DNA of 64,000 nucleotides from a virus (Duplodnaviria > Caudoviricetes): the IMG/VR virus record IMGVR_UViG_3300021426_000073, positions 32,001 through 96,000 of that record, one strand, 5' to 3'. Under the pieces are notes generated by a model. That model worked only from the letters and a program-made list of their open reading frames with translations. It was not told the origin of the DNA and did no database searches. Positions 10,715 through 21,221 of this stretch are shown here, one piece after another. Position 1 is the stretch's first letter, and every line of letters begins with the position of its first letter. The position numbers were made by a program, and so were the translations under genes.

Positions 10715-11398
10715 ATGGCAAAAAATATATCCAATAACGGAATAGATTTTATTGCCTCTTTCGAAGGTTGTAGGTTGTCAGCATATGATGACCTACAGCC
10801 TAATGTTACTTTGACAAATGGAACTAAAGTAAGAGGCACATTAACAATAGGCATAGGTCACATAGGTAAAGTTGATGGTAAACCTATCGTATGGTCTACA
10901 AAAATAACTAAAGAAAAGGCATATGCAATTTTTAAAAATGACATAGGTTCAAGAGTATCACAATTAAACAATATGTTAAGAGTATCTGTAACTCAAAATA
11001 TGTTTGATGCTCTACTCTCCTATGCATATAATTGTGGCTTTGAAAATCAGCATATGGCAAAAGCTCTTTATTATATTAACAATGGAGATTTTAGAAGAGC
11101 TGCACTTGAGCTTAAAAATGGAACTAATACAAGTAAAGGAATTGTATTAGGTGGCTTAACAAGAAGACGTGAAGCAGAATATCAGTTATTTTCAAAGAAT
11201 ATGCAGTATAAGATTATAACAACTAAAGACGGAGTTAACCTTCGAGAGAAGCCTGCACAGTCTACGAAAATACTTAAGAAATATAAAAAGGATACAAAAC
11301 TAACTATTACCGAGATCAGAACTGTACTAGACCGTAAGTACGGTAAAGTAAAAGGTACTGAAAACTGGGTAAGAATGAAATACACAAAGATTATTTAG
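10715..11398 (+). CDS. Endolysin 2: GH24 phage lysozyme with SH3b domain
   Basis: FEGCRLSAYDD...TIGIGH, FDALLSYAYNCG, GLTRRREAE motifs; C-terminal GVNLREKP...WVR. GGAGG RBS before ATG 10715. Confidence 0.85.
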   Translation: MAKNISNNGIDFIASFEGCRLSAYDDLQPNVTLTNGTKVRGTLTIGIGHIGKVDGKPIVWSTKITKEKAYAIFKNDIGSRVSQLNNMLRVSVTQNMFDALLSYAYNCGFENQHMAKALYYINNGDFRRAALELKNGTNTSKGIVLGGLTRRREAEYQLFSKNMQYKIITTKDGVNLREKPAQSTKILKKYKKDTKLTITEIRTVLDRKYGKVKGTENWVRMKYTKII

Positions 11399-11407
11399 GA
11401 GGTATAT

Positions 11408-14400
11408 ATGAGCGATATTTATGTAATAGTTGAAAATGAAGATGCTAGCATAACTGATGCTGATTTGATTTCCTCTGGAGATGTTAATGCAGTAAAGGCA
11501 CATTTTACTTTTACTGAAAATTGGGATGAATATCCTATCAAGACAATGTTTGTATACTCTATTACAAAAGCTGAAGAAAATAAAATAGGTACTGATTTTA
11601 TCGGAATAGATTCTGAAGGTATTGCCATTATTCCTAAAGAAACATTGTCAAGAGAAGGAAGATTATTTTTGTGCGTTATTGGTCAAAAAACTGATAATGA
11701 AGATGTATTAACCTCTACTAGAGTTACATTAAAAATTCGTAAAGGTTTTGAAATAGAAATAGAGGACGAAGATGATGATTTTTTAAGCAGATTACTTCCT
11801 GCTGGCGGAGAACAAGGAGAATTTTTAGTAAAGAACTCTGATAATGATTTTGATTATGGATGGGGAAAACCTGACGTAATTTTTGATACAGAAATGTCTG
11901 ACGAAAGTGAACACGGTGTTCAAAATAAAGTAATCAAGGCTTATGTAGATAGTATGGCTAGTGGTGTTTCGTTAACAGTATTTACAATAAATCCTTTCGG
12001 AACTGGTACTACCGTTACTTGTAATAAAACATATGAGGAGTTATCTACACTTATAGAAAATAATACATTTGTAGGCGTAGTAAAGTCAGAAACACCAACT
12101 GGTGAATATTGCTTTATGGCTATAGATGAAATCGTTACATCAGCTGGAACAAAGTTATTTTACGCATACTCGCTTAAAGGCGATACAAAATATAAATGCG
12201 TGATAACTACTACTTCAAGTTCTATGTCTGCACAATGGACTGAAATACCTAGTGGTGATGAATACACAGCAGGCGATAATATTGATATTACTAACAATGT
12301 AATATCAGCAGATATTGTTGAGTCTATTGTAACATTTACTGTTGAAAGTACAATGACTACTCCACCATATAGAGTAAGTTGTGATACACCTTACAGTGAA
12401 ATTATGGAAAGATATAACGCCAACAAATTAAAAGTACAAGCATATATACACGAAGGAAACAATGTATTTTCATACAAAGCACCTATGACATATATTTATT
12501 ATGGTGGTGGAGATACAAAATTCTACTTTGAATATTTAGACGGAGACAATACAGTAGAATGGGAAGTTGTTAAAGCTTCAGAAAATAATGAAAACTATAC
12601 AGTTTCTAAAACTATACATTCATATAATTATACTGCTGGAGATGGTATCCGTATTAATCAGAGAGAAGTTAGCGTAAAAGCACCTGATACATTTAATGTT
12701 GATGTTACTGATTTTACAGAGTATACATTTAACGATCAGGCTTCTATGTATGCTGCGTATGGATTTACTATTAACCAATTAAATAGAATTAATTCAAATA
12801 ATAAAATAGATACTTTGGTTGCATTGGCAACAGAAGGAACGGAAACTACAGATGATATTACTTGTGCTGTTACTGGCTTTAATTATGAAAGCGAGGAAGA
12901 TACAGAAATTGCAAATCATCACACAGACTTTTATAAAATATATTTTGAGTATATTAATACTGTTTATGAGTTAATGGTTGCTGTTTCTTATACAAATGAT
13001 GAAGCTGATAATTACAAAGTAAAACTTGCAGAAAAATCAGTAGGCGATATCTATGCGTTAAGAAAATACTACGGTAACGAAAACATAAACCTTGGCAATA
13101 ACAATGGAGTTCCTGCTAATACGTTTGATACTGGTGCAATATGGAACGAAGCTATTGGTGTAGGTAATTCTATAACTGGACAATACAATAGTGCTATTGG
13201 TAATAACAATAATATTTCTGGTACTTATAATAATATTACTGGCTATGGATTATATGTAAACGGTCAATTTAACGTAGCATTCGGTCCGATAATGCCAGAA
13301 GCTAAAAAATTACAAGGTATGTGTAACCTTGTAACTGCTTACGGAAATGATGTTAGCGGTAATGAGAATGCTGTGTTCGGCAACAATAATAAAGTTCGTG
13401 GCGATGCACATTTAATTGCTGGTCACGGACATGACGTGCAAGGTTATAACAACCTTGTTACAGGCGAATATTCAACTGTAACTGGTACGGATAATGCTGT
13501 TTTTGGTATTAATTATGGAACAATTCAAGGCAATAGCAATATCGTAAATGGATATTATACATATATCAAAGAAAACAGCAACCATAATATCGTAGGTGGT
13601 TCTTATCATACAATAACAGGTGGTAATAACTTAGTCGCAGGCGAACAAACTTCAAACGATAGTTTTACATTCCCTGATGATGAAGAAGCAACAACATTTG
13701 ACCATATTAACGGCTACGACAATATTTATTCTGGATTTATGGGTTCTATTACTGGAAGATATAACATTTTAACCGCTTCATACGGAAAAATATTAGGTGA
13801 CCAAAACCTTGTTATGGGCGAACATCACGCCGTTAAAGGCGGAAACAATATCTTGACTGGTTCTGGCGGAGATGGTGGATTCGTAGGTTCTAATAATATT
13901 GCAGTATTAGGTGGATACAGAAGTGTTATTAATAATGTTGAATATTCAAATATTCTCTCTGGTTATACAACTGCTGAAAATTTACGTTACGCAGCTTTAA
14001 ATGCTTTCTACTCACGTTTTCAAAATGCTCAATATATAAACGCAAATGGCTATGGATTAAAATTCTCTGGCACATTAGATGAAAACGATAACTATACAAA
14101 CCCTATTGGTTTAACTATCATTGGACAATGGAACGAAGATGGCAATGATAGAAACGATTATGTGTTTGTAGTTGGTGGAGGTACTGGTGATGATATCAAC
14201 AGAAAGAATGTATTTACAATTACTAAAAATGGTCAAGTAACTTGCACTATTAACAACAAAAAACATACTGTATTTGGCTCTTCTTGTGTAACAGATACAC
14301 TTCCACAAACTGGTCAAGAAGATACTCTTTATGTATTAACTTCATCTACCCAAAGTTTTACTTTAAATGGTGAATTACCAGATGAATTTAAAACACAATC

Positions 14401-15853
14401 CGCTTATGAAACTTGGAATGGTGGTGGCAAAGCAATGATGTTATGCGTTGATACGAACGCAACTGCTTACGCTACTCAGTTTGGTATCAAATACATATTG
14501 TTAGAAGGCATCGTTGTAGAACCATTTGCTCAAACAAGTGGTGGTCAAGATATCTACTATAAGGTTACGCAAGTAGGTAGCACACCAGTTCAGTATACTT
14601 ACAGTACAGTAAGTAATCAATGGACTGCTTCTCCTATTACTGGTGTATCTGTTGGAGATTATTTATATGCAGTAGGTAGTGCAACTGGTATTACGCCAAG
14701 AGATACTGATATTGTTATTGATGATTTAAACGGAAGTATTAGTTCTGATATTGGTTTGGAATGGATGTCTGGAAATGATACAAGTAATCAGTGGGATATC
14801 GAATACTCTCCTAGTCAATATATAACTCATACATACACTTATGCTGATAATGTTTATGAGATTTATACTGGCAATTCTCATGATTCAGCAAGTGGCTTAT
14901 ATATATACAAAAACAATGCTTATATTCAGATAGCTACTGGTGGCAGTGGTGGTTCGTATGTTGCTGGCGATAATATTGATATTACAGGCAATGTTATTTC
15001 AGCTGATATTATAGAGCCTATTGCAACATTTACATTAACTCCTACTGGAACAACACCAGCATATACAGTATCTTGTGATACTACATATTCAGAATTAATT
15101 TCAAGATATAATTCTGATAAATTAAAAACACAACTAATCGTTGAGGGTAACAATGGTGAAACTGTATTAAATATGGATCGCTTTGAATATAGAAGCGGAG
15201 TTGCTAAGTTCTATTTTGAATATACAGAAGAAGATTATTTATATGTATATGAGATAACTAAAACTGGAAATCCTAGTGCTGACACTTATAGTTACAATAA
15301 GATTAGTACAAGAGTGCAGAAAAAACTTACTCCTGGAACTAATATTACTATTGACAATACTGACCCTGATAATCCAGTAATTAATGCTACTGGAGGAGGT
15401 GGAGGAACTACTTACACAGCTGGTGTCGGTATTGATATTGATAGTAATAATGCAATTAATACAGTTAGAATAAAAGTAGCTCACTTAGATGTTACAGGAA
15501 CACCTAGTATAAACTATACATGGACTGAAATAAACAATTTATTAGGTTCTTATACTGCTTATGGTTCTGCCACATGCTATTTATGGTATGGACATACTGG
15601 AGCGGTATTTGATACAGCTATAGGTTCTTATGATATTAGTAACAACGGCATATCTATACATTTTACATGTATATATGGCAATACTATTGAATATAGAAGC
15701 TATTATCTTTCATCGGAAAATGTATTCACTATGACTCAAAGAACAGTTACTGATTATCAAAAGAAACTCACAGCAGGCACAGGTATTTCTATAGACCCAA
15801 CTACAAACACAATTTCACTAGACTTACCACAAGCTGAAGGAGGTGGATTCTAA
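11408..15853 (+). CDS. Large tail fibre/adhesin (BppU-like N-terminus, YadA-like beta-roll repeats, duplicated domains)
   Basis: N-terminal baseplate-attachment-like domain; recurrent YTAGxxIxI motifs; G/N-rich beta-roll repeats at about 13.1-14.0 kb; an approximately 120-aa domain present twice. Confidence 0.75.
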   Translation: MSDIYVIVENEDASITDADLISSGDVNAVKAHFTFTENWDEYPIKTMFVYSITKAEENKIGTDFIGIDSEGIAIIPKETLSREGRLFLCVIGQKTDNEDVLTSTRVTLKIRKGFEIEIEDEDDDFLSRLLPAGGEQGEFLVKNSDNDFDYGWGKPDVIFDTEMSDESEHGVQNKVIKAYVDSMASGVSLTVFTINPFGTGTTVTCNKTYEELSTLIENNTFVGVVKSETPTGEYCFMAIDEIVTSAGTKLFYAYSLKGDTKYKCVITTTSSSMSAQWTEIPSGDEYTAGDNIDITNNVISADIVESIVTFTVESTMTTPPYRVSCDTPYSEIMERYNANKLKVQAYIHEGNNVFSYKAPMTYIYYGGGDTKFYFEYLDGDNTVEWEVVKASENNENYTVSKTIHSYNYTAGDGIRINQREVSVKAPDTFNVDVTDFTEYTFNDQASMYAAYGFTINQLNRINSNNKIDTLVALATEGTETTDDITCAVTGFNYESEEDTEIANHHTDFYKIYFEYINTVYELMVAVSYTNDEADNYKVKLAEKSVGDIYALRKYYGNENINLGNNNGVPANTFDTGAIWNEAIGVGNSITGQYNSAIGNNNNISGTYNNITGYGLYVNGQFNVAFGPIMPEAKKLQGMCNLVTAYGNDVSGNENAVFGNNNKVRGDAHLIAGHGHDVQGYNNLVTGEYSTVTGTDNAVFGINYGTIQGNSNIVNGYYTYIKENSNHNIVGGSYHTITGGNNLVAGEQTSNDSFTFPDDEEATTFDHINGYDNIYSGFMGSITGRYNILTASYGKILGDQNLVMGEHHAVKGGNNILTGSGGDGGFVGSNNIAVLGGYRSVINNVEYSNILSGYTTAENLRYAALNAFYSRFQNAQYINANGYGLKFSGTLDENDNYTNPIGLTIIGQWNEDGNDRNDYVFVVGGGTGDDINRKNVFTITKNGQVTCTINNKKHTVFGSSCVTDTLPQTGQEDTLYVLTSSTQSFTLNGELPDEFKTQSAYETWNGGGKAMMLCVDTNATAYATQFGIKYILLEGIVVEPFAQTSGGQDIYYKVTQVGSTPVQYTYSTVSNQWTASPITGVSVGDYLYAVGSATGITPRDTDIVIDDLNGSISSDIGLEWMSGNDTSNQWDIEYSPSQYITHTYTYADNVYEIYTGNSHDSASGLYIYKNNAYIQIATGGSGGSYVAGDNIDITGNVISADIIEPIATFTLTPTGTTPAYTVSCDTTYSELISRYNSDKLKTQLIVEGNNGETVLNMDRFEYRSGVAKFYFEYTEEDYLYVYEITKTGNPSADTYSYNKISTRVQKKLTPGTNITIDNTDPDNPVINATGGGGGTTYTAGVGIDIDSNNAINTVRIKVAHLDVTGTPSINYTWTEINNLLGSYTAYGSATCYLWYGHTGAVFDTAIGSYDISNNGISIHFTCIYGNTIEYRSYYLSSENVFTMTQRTVTDYQKKLTAGTGISIDPTTNTISLDLPQAEGGGF

Positions 15854-16638
15854 TGACAGATACATTATATGGAATCTGGGAATCAACTCTTACAGGCATT
15901 GCTAATGCTATCAGAACCAAGAATCCTGATGTTACAGGTTTAGTTGACCCAGCCGATATGGAGCAGGATATACTTGATATTTCTGGTGAACCAACGAAAG
16001 TTTTAATTAGTGAGTTTGATTTTAAAACAGACATACCACATTATACACCATATTATGATACTGTAAAAGAGATAGACTTAGCAACAAATATGCGTGGTAT
16101 GAGTGCCGTTCAAGGCACAGGATTAAGATGTGATGCTGGTAATGCGAAATTAAGAACAGGTACAAATTTTGATTATGCAGGTATATATGAAATAGAAATA
16201 CCTTTTGGTACTTTTGATAGAACTACCGCCGTTCGTAATGGAAACAATTTTATACTAACAATAGGTAGAGGTACATACGCTCTTATGCTTTGCTATCAAT
16301 ATAACTCAAGCACAGATACAGGAAAATGGTGGGTTCACGACCAAACAGGTGCTAACGTATATCTTGATTATGGCGATAATGACCCATATTTCTTTGAAAA
16401 CAAAACATTGCATCTATTCTATGGTGCAAAGATTGTTGATGGAGAAATAGTAAGGGATGCTAACAGAGGTTATTTTTATGTTGATGATGTTCAATTAAAT
16501 TCAATAGGTGCTTATTTGACAGGTGATATAGATAATGGCGTACAAGTATTTATGTTAGGCGATGGCAGAGGAAGTGGTGGATTCATTGGTGTTGTTTATG
16601 AAAGTTTAAAGGTATATCAATATTTCAACAAATATTAA
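15853..16638 (+). CDS. Fibre-associated protein with beta-sandwich/lectin-like C-terminus
   Basis: N-terminal TLTGIANAIRTK motif common in phage fibre proteins; aromatic beta-rich C-terminal part. Confidence 0.55.
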   Translation: MTDTLYGIWESTLTGIANAIRTKNPDVTGLVDPADMEQDILDISGEPTKVLISEFDFKTDIPHYTPYYDTVKEIDLATNMRGMSAVQGTGLRCDAGNAKLRTGTNFDYAGIYEIEIPFGTFDRTTAVRNGNNFILTIGRGTYALMLCYQYNSSTDTGKWWVHDQTGANVYLDYGDNDPYFFENKTLHLFYGAKIVDGEIVRDANRGYFYVDDVQLNSIGAYLTGDIDNGVQVFMLGDGRGSGGFIGVVYESLKVYQYFNKY

Positions 16639-16746
16639 ACACCAGTTAGCCTTATGAGTGCAAGTCCATCTGAAAGCAAATCATCAAGTGAATCCGAATG
16701 AAAGACGGATGATGAAAAATCTGTCGAATATGTTGAATATTAATAA

Positions 16747-16784
16747 TTAAGGGACTGCTTCGGTAGTCCCTTAAATAATTTTTT
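16747..16784 (+). terminator. Rho-independent terminator
   Basis: TTAAGGGACTGC-TTCG-GTAGTCCCTTAA followed by an AT/T-rich tail. Confidence 0.8.
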
Positions 16785-16798
16785 AAGGAGGTTTTCCT

Positions 16799-16990
16799 AT
16801 GATTACAAATGATACTATTAAAAATCAAGGCGATGATGTAAAAGGATTTATAGGCTTATCCACAGATGATAAACCGATTGATAAAATTAATGGAATCACA
16901 TTAAAAAACGGAATGTATTTTTACGAAATTGACACTTGCGATGTTTATATGTTTAGTGAAAAAACACATGAATGGATTGTTCAAGACTAG
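16799..16990 (+). CDS. Small conserved-type phage tail-region protein (GLSTDDKP...FYEIDT motif)
   Basis: GGAG RBS; motif typical of small Bacillota phage structural-region proteins. Confidence 0.65.
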   Translation: MITNDTIKNQGDDVKGFIGLSTDDKPIDKINGITLKNGMYFYEIDTCDVYMFSEKTHEWIVQD

Positions 16991-17004
16991 AAAGGAGTTA
17001 ATCT

Positions 17005-18036
17005 ATGGATATTATCACATTATCTTTGGCTAAAAAATATACTGCTAATACTGCTGATGCTTTAGGTGCGGTAAAAGGTGCTCCTTGTAAAATAAAAAAC
17101 ATAGAATCTACATCTGAAGGAAACACTGTTACTTTTGAATGGAAAGGTGATAGCGGACAAATTCAGACACGTACAATGATTGTTAAAAATGGTACTGATG
17201 GTGAACAAGGTGCTTCTATTGCTTCCGCTGTTGTTACACAAGATGGTAATTTGATATTAACATTAACTGATGGTACAGTGGTCGACTGTGGCGTAGTTAC
17301 AGGTCAAGCACAATTGCAACAACCATTAACTGCTACAGTTGAAATCGGTACAGTAACAAACGGAAAAACATATGCCAAAGGAACAAATCTGGAACAAATT
17401 ATAAGAGATATGCTTATTAAATATTTACCGCCTGCTATTTCTTTAACTACTACTCCTGCTACTAAACTATACGACATTGTAACAGATAGTGTTGCTACTA
17501 TTCTTTTAAAGGCAGCAGTAACGAAAAAGACAAACAATGTAACAAAAGTTTCGTTTTACGTAGGAGATACGTTGGTTAATGAAGTAACTTCTGGTGTTGC
17601 TTCAGGCGGAAATTTTCAATTCCAATACACACCAGATACTGCCATTAGAACAGATGTAACGTTTAAGGCTACTGCTACTGATGGCAAACAAACAAGCACT
17701 TCTTCTTATGCGATTAAATTTGTAGGAAGAAGTTATTATGGTATTTGTGATGCTTCAGTATCTGACCCAGATGAAACTACTATTAAGAGTGGCTCTAATG
17801 TATTAAAGGATACTAGAAACTTGACATATTCTGGTATTACTACAAGTTGGGGTAAAGTATTTTATGCATATCCAAAGAGTTTTGGTGCATTAACATATAT
17901 TAAAGATGAAGTAAACAATATTAACTATTGGGACAGTTTTCAACGCAGCGATGTAACGATAGATGGTGTTCCATGTTATTGTTATACATTAATAGAACCA
18001 ACTGGTGCAACAGATAATCAGATAGTATTTAAATAA
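17005..18036 (+). CDS. Ig-like/beta-rich virion fibre protein
   Basis: T-rich beta strands; C-terminal domain (YYG...FYAYPKSFG) paralogous to that of the next gene. Confidence 0.6.
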   Translation: MDIITLSLAKKYTANTADALGAVKGAPCKIKNIESTSEGNTVTFEWKGDSGQIQTRTMIVKNGTDGEQGASIASAVVTQDGNLILTLTDGTVVDCGVVTGQAQLQQPLTATVEIGTVTNGKTYAKGTNLEQIIRDMLIKYLPPAISLTTTPATKLYDIVTDSVATILLKAAVTKKTNNVTKVSFYVGDTLVNEVTSGVASGGNFQFQYTPDTAIRTDVTFKATATDGKQTSTSSYAIKFVGRSYYGICDASVSDPDETTIKSGSNVLKDTRNLTYSGITTSWGKVFYAYPKSFGALTYIKDEVNNINYWDSFQRSDVTIDGVPCYCYTLIEPTGATDNQIVFK

Positions 18037-18050
18037 GGAGGAAGATAAAA

Positions 18051-19619
18051 ATGGCTATTAGTTTAATGGACAATCTTGATATTAGAAAATCTACTCCTAA
18101 TGTTAAGAGAGATATGTTTGAAACTATTGCTGATATGAAAGACTATAATGAAAATTATCTTCCTCAAGTATTTATTTCAACTTGTGTTGAAGATGGTTGC
18201 ATTTATATTTTTAATAAGGGCAATATAGTGGATGACACAACTGGCAAATGGAGAAAGTTCGAGGGTGGAACTGCCGATTTGCTAAACTATTACAACAAAA
18301 CAGAAGTCGATACACTTCTTGATGATAAAGTAGATAAAGAAACTGGAAAAGGTCTATCTACTAATGATTATGACGATGATGAAAAAGGACAAGTACAACA
18401 GAACAAAGAAGATATTGCAACTCTAAACGGAGATGCAACTGTTACTGGTTCTGTTGATAGCAAAGTAGCACAAGGCGTACAAGATGCTAAAAACTACACA
18501 GATGAGCAAATCGCACTTATAAATATTGACGAAGCTATTAAGTGTGATACTATGCCTACATATGATAGTGCTACAGATAAAATAACTTATATTAAAGACG
18601 GCACTTCTACTACAATAGATGCTGATGCAATATGGTTCTACTATGAAGATAATGATAAACTCATGCAGTCAATTCTTATTGATGGTGAATGGACTACTAT
18701 TGTTTCAGCTGGTAGTGTTAATTTTGCTGATTATGTATCAAAAACAAATGATGTTGTAAGTACATATACAGGCGATGAAGTTATTACTTCTAAAGTTCCT
18801 GACATTGCTGCAATGAAGGCTTTGCAGGCTATTGTAGAAACAGAACTTGATGATAAGGTTAGTATTTCACAAGGTTCTACAAATGCAGATAAGGCTGTTA
18901 TTACTGATGAAAACGGTGATATTACTCTTGCTCCACTATCTACTCTTGGTGGAGATGCAGAAAACATAACTTACACTAACACAGACTTTCCTACATACAC
19001 AGATGTAGATAAGGCACTTGATGCTATATTGGCAAAACTTTACTATGTAGAACCAGCAATTACAAGTTTCACTTCTACTCCATCGACTCTCACATATGAG
19101 AACGGTGCAGTTATTACTGGTGGCGTTGTATTTAACTGGACATACAATAAAGATATGACAACTCAGACTCTTACTGACTGTACGCTTGCTGATGAAACAG
19201 TAAGAACGGCTACATATGAAAATGATATTTCAGCAAGCAAAACATTTACTCTTAATTGTGGTGATGGTGAAAAGACTGCTAGTAAGTCAATAGCATTCCA
19301 GTTTATGAACAAAGTATACTGGGGTGTTTCAGCAGATCAAGATACTTATACTGATGCATGGATATTAGGTTTGAGCGGAAGTAAGTTAGCAACTAATGCA
19401 AAAGGCAGTTACAACTTTACTGCTGGTACTGGTCAGTATTGCTACTTCGCTCTTCCAACATCAATGAGTATTACGGTTAAAGTAAATGGATTTGATACAG
19501 ACCTTGATACAGTTGTTGCAAGTAAATCATTCCAGAATGCGAGTGGCTACACAACAACATATAAAATAGTTAGATTACATCAGCCAAGTCTTGGTACTTT
19601 GACTGCTGTAGTTAGTTAG
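18051..19619 (+). CDS. Virion fibre/decoration protein
   Basis: KVDKETGKGLSTNDY fibre motif; C-terminal Ig-like domain (VYWG...CYFALP). Confidence 0.65.
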   Translation: MAISLMDNLDIRKSTPNVKRDMFETIADMKDYNENYLPQVFISTCVEDGCIYIFNKGNIVDDTTGKWRKFEGGTADLLNYYNKTEVDTLLDDKVDKETGKGLSTNDYDDDEKGQVQQNKEDIATLNGDATVTGSVDSKVAQGVQDAKNYTDEQIALINIDEAIKCDTMPTYDSATDKITYIKDGTSTTIDADAIWFYYEDNDKLMQSILIDGEWTTIVSAGSVNFADYVSKTNDVVSTYTGDEVITSKVPDIAAMKALQAIVETELDDKVSISQGSTNADKAVITDENGDITLAPLSTLGGDAENITYTNTDFPTYTDVDKALDAILAKLYYVEPAITSFTSTPSTLTYENGAVITGGVVFNWTYNKDMTTQTLTDCTLADETVRTATYENDISASKTFTLNCGDGEKTASKSIAFQFMNKVYWGVSADQDTYTDAWILGLSGSKLATNAKGSYNFTAGTGQYCYFALPTSMSITVKVNGFDTDLDTVVASKSFQNASGYTTTYKIVRLHQPSLGTLTAVVS

Positions 19620-19629
19620 GAGGTTATAA

Positions 19630-21207
19630 ATGGCAATTAGATTAGCCGATACTGCTCGTCCTAATAACTATGTTGATCCTGAGCATCTGGGAACTTTCCC
19701 AGTTGCTTATGCAGAGGACGTGTGGTTTGCGGATGGTACAAGATTAAGTGAAAAAACTTTCGAGGGTCAGAGTATTCAGAAAGAGGAATTACCTCTTGCG
19801 ACTGCTATTGAAGAAGGAAATATATATCAGTATATTGGTGCTGATGGTACATATAAAAATGGTCGCTTTTATATTTGTAAGTATGTGGGTAGTTCTAATT
19901 ATTCGTGGTCAGAAATACCAATGGTTACTAATCCTGTTGTATATAGTGAAACTATTCCGTTGGTAGCCGGATATAACAGTGGTGCAATAGTATGTTACAC
20001 TGGCGAGAATAGTGGTGATTTCACAAAAGGACATTTATATCAAAAGAATGAAACATCTTATACTTATTATTATTGGACATTTTATAGAGATTTAGAAAAA
20101 ACACAGCCATACATATTCTATACAAGAGAAGAAACATTAGCTAATGGTGTAAATGTATATCAAGCTGATCCTACAACTGGAGAAGGCAATATATCACTTG
20201 TTGGTTCTATTACTAATTATCAAGAGTGGAGCTTTTTTGTAAATAGTTCAAGTACTGTTCAGTATTTCTATCCCGAAGCTAATACTTCAAAAAATAGAAA
20301 TGTTGCAGAGGGTAATTGGATTGATATAGGTGGCGGTAATGCGGTTGGTGGAATTATAGATGTAGAAACTCTGCCAACATCTGATATTAAAAATACATTT
20401 TATAGAACTAAAGAAGATGTTGGTGGAAAAACTAGAACAATAGAAGTGAGTCTTACGTCTGCAATGTCTTTTGATGAAAAGGTTGCATATCTTTCACAAT
20501 ACTTTATAGTACATCCAGACCAAGCTAATAATCGTATAGATATAGAAACATATCCTGATTTATATATGACCAGAGCATCTTGGACGAAGCATTATTCTGT
20601 TCCTGAAGAAACTTTAGCTTTAATGTATTTAAATACAGAAAGAATTGAACTTAATTGGGATGCAGATAATACTGGTACTCCACAGACAGAAACCAGTATG
20701 GTAATGCCTTTACTGTTTTCTTCTTCTCATTTTCCTAGTGCAGTGTATTATGCTGGAGATGAAATAAATCAGACTACTGAACGTATGGCAACATACGAAG
20801 ATATACCAAAAGAATTTATAGGCACACAAGCTGAATGGGATTCTCTTACCGCTGATGAGAAAGCACAATATATCATTGTTAATATCACTGATGATACTAA
20901 CACCAACGGAAAATTTATTGATATTACTTCACAATGTACCGTAGTTCTTGGTACAGCAAAGGTTATGAAGTGTGGACAGATTGTTGTGGTAAATGGCTAT
21001 GCACCTAAAGTGAGTGGTTCTAATGGCTTTAGAGAGGTTATAACGAGAGTCCCTGTACCAATAAGTAATGGTACTTCTAATACAGCAATTGGCAATGCAT
21101 TGCATACGTCTACTCAGAGTGTGAGGGTAACAGATTCTATACTGAGGGTGTACTGTTCAACATCCACTGAAACAAATTATAGTATTATGTACTTGACAGA
21201 TGAATAA
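19630..21207 (+). CDS. Tail fibre / receptor-binding protein
   Basis: Repeated LPxA...IYQYIG modules, FIGTQAEWDSL motif, small C-terminal beta domain. Confidence 0.6.
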   Translation: MAIRLADTARPNNYVDPEHLGTFPVAYAEDVWFADGTRLSEKTFEGQSIQKEELPLATAIEEGNIYQYIGADGTYKNGRFYICKYVGSSNYSWSEIPMVTNPVVYSETIPLVAGYNSGAIVCYTGENSGDFTKGHLYQKNETSYTYYYWTFYRDLEKTQPYIFYTREETLANGVNVYQADPTTGEGNISLVGSITNYQEWSFFVNSSSTVQYFYPEANTSKNRNVAEGNWIDIGGGNAVGGIIDVETLPTSDIKNTFYRTKEDVGGKTRTIEVSLTSAMSFDEKVAYLSQYFIVHPDQANNRIDIETYPDLYMTRASWTKHYSVPEETLALMYLNTERIELNWDADNTGTPQTETSMVMPLLFSSSHFPSAVYYAGDEINQTTERMATYEDIPKEFIGTQAEWDSLTADEKAQYIIVNITDDTNTNGKFIDITSQCTVVLGTAKVMKCGQIVVVNGYAPKVSGSNGFREVITRVPVPISNGTSNTAIGNALHTSTQSVRVTDSILRVYCSTSTETNYSIMYLTDE

Positions 21208-21221
21208 TCGGAGGTGAAATT

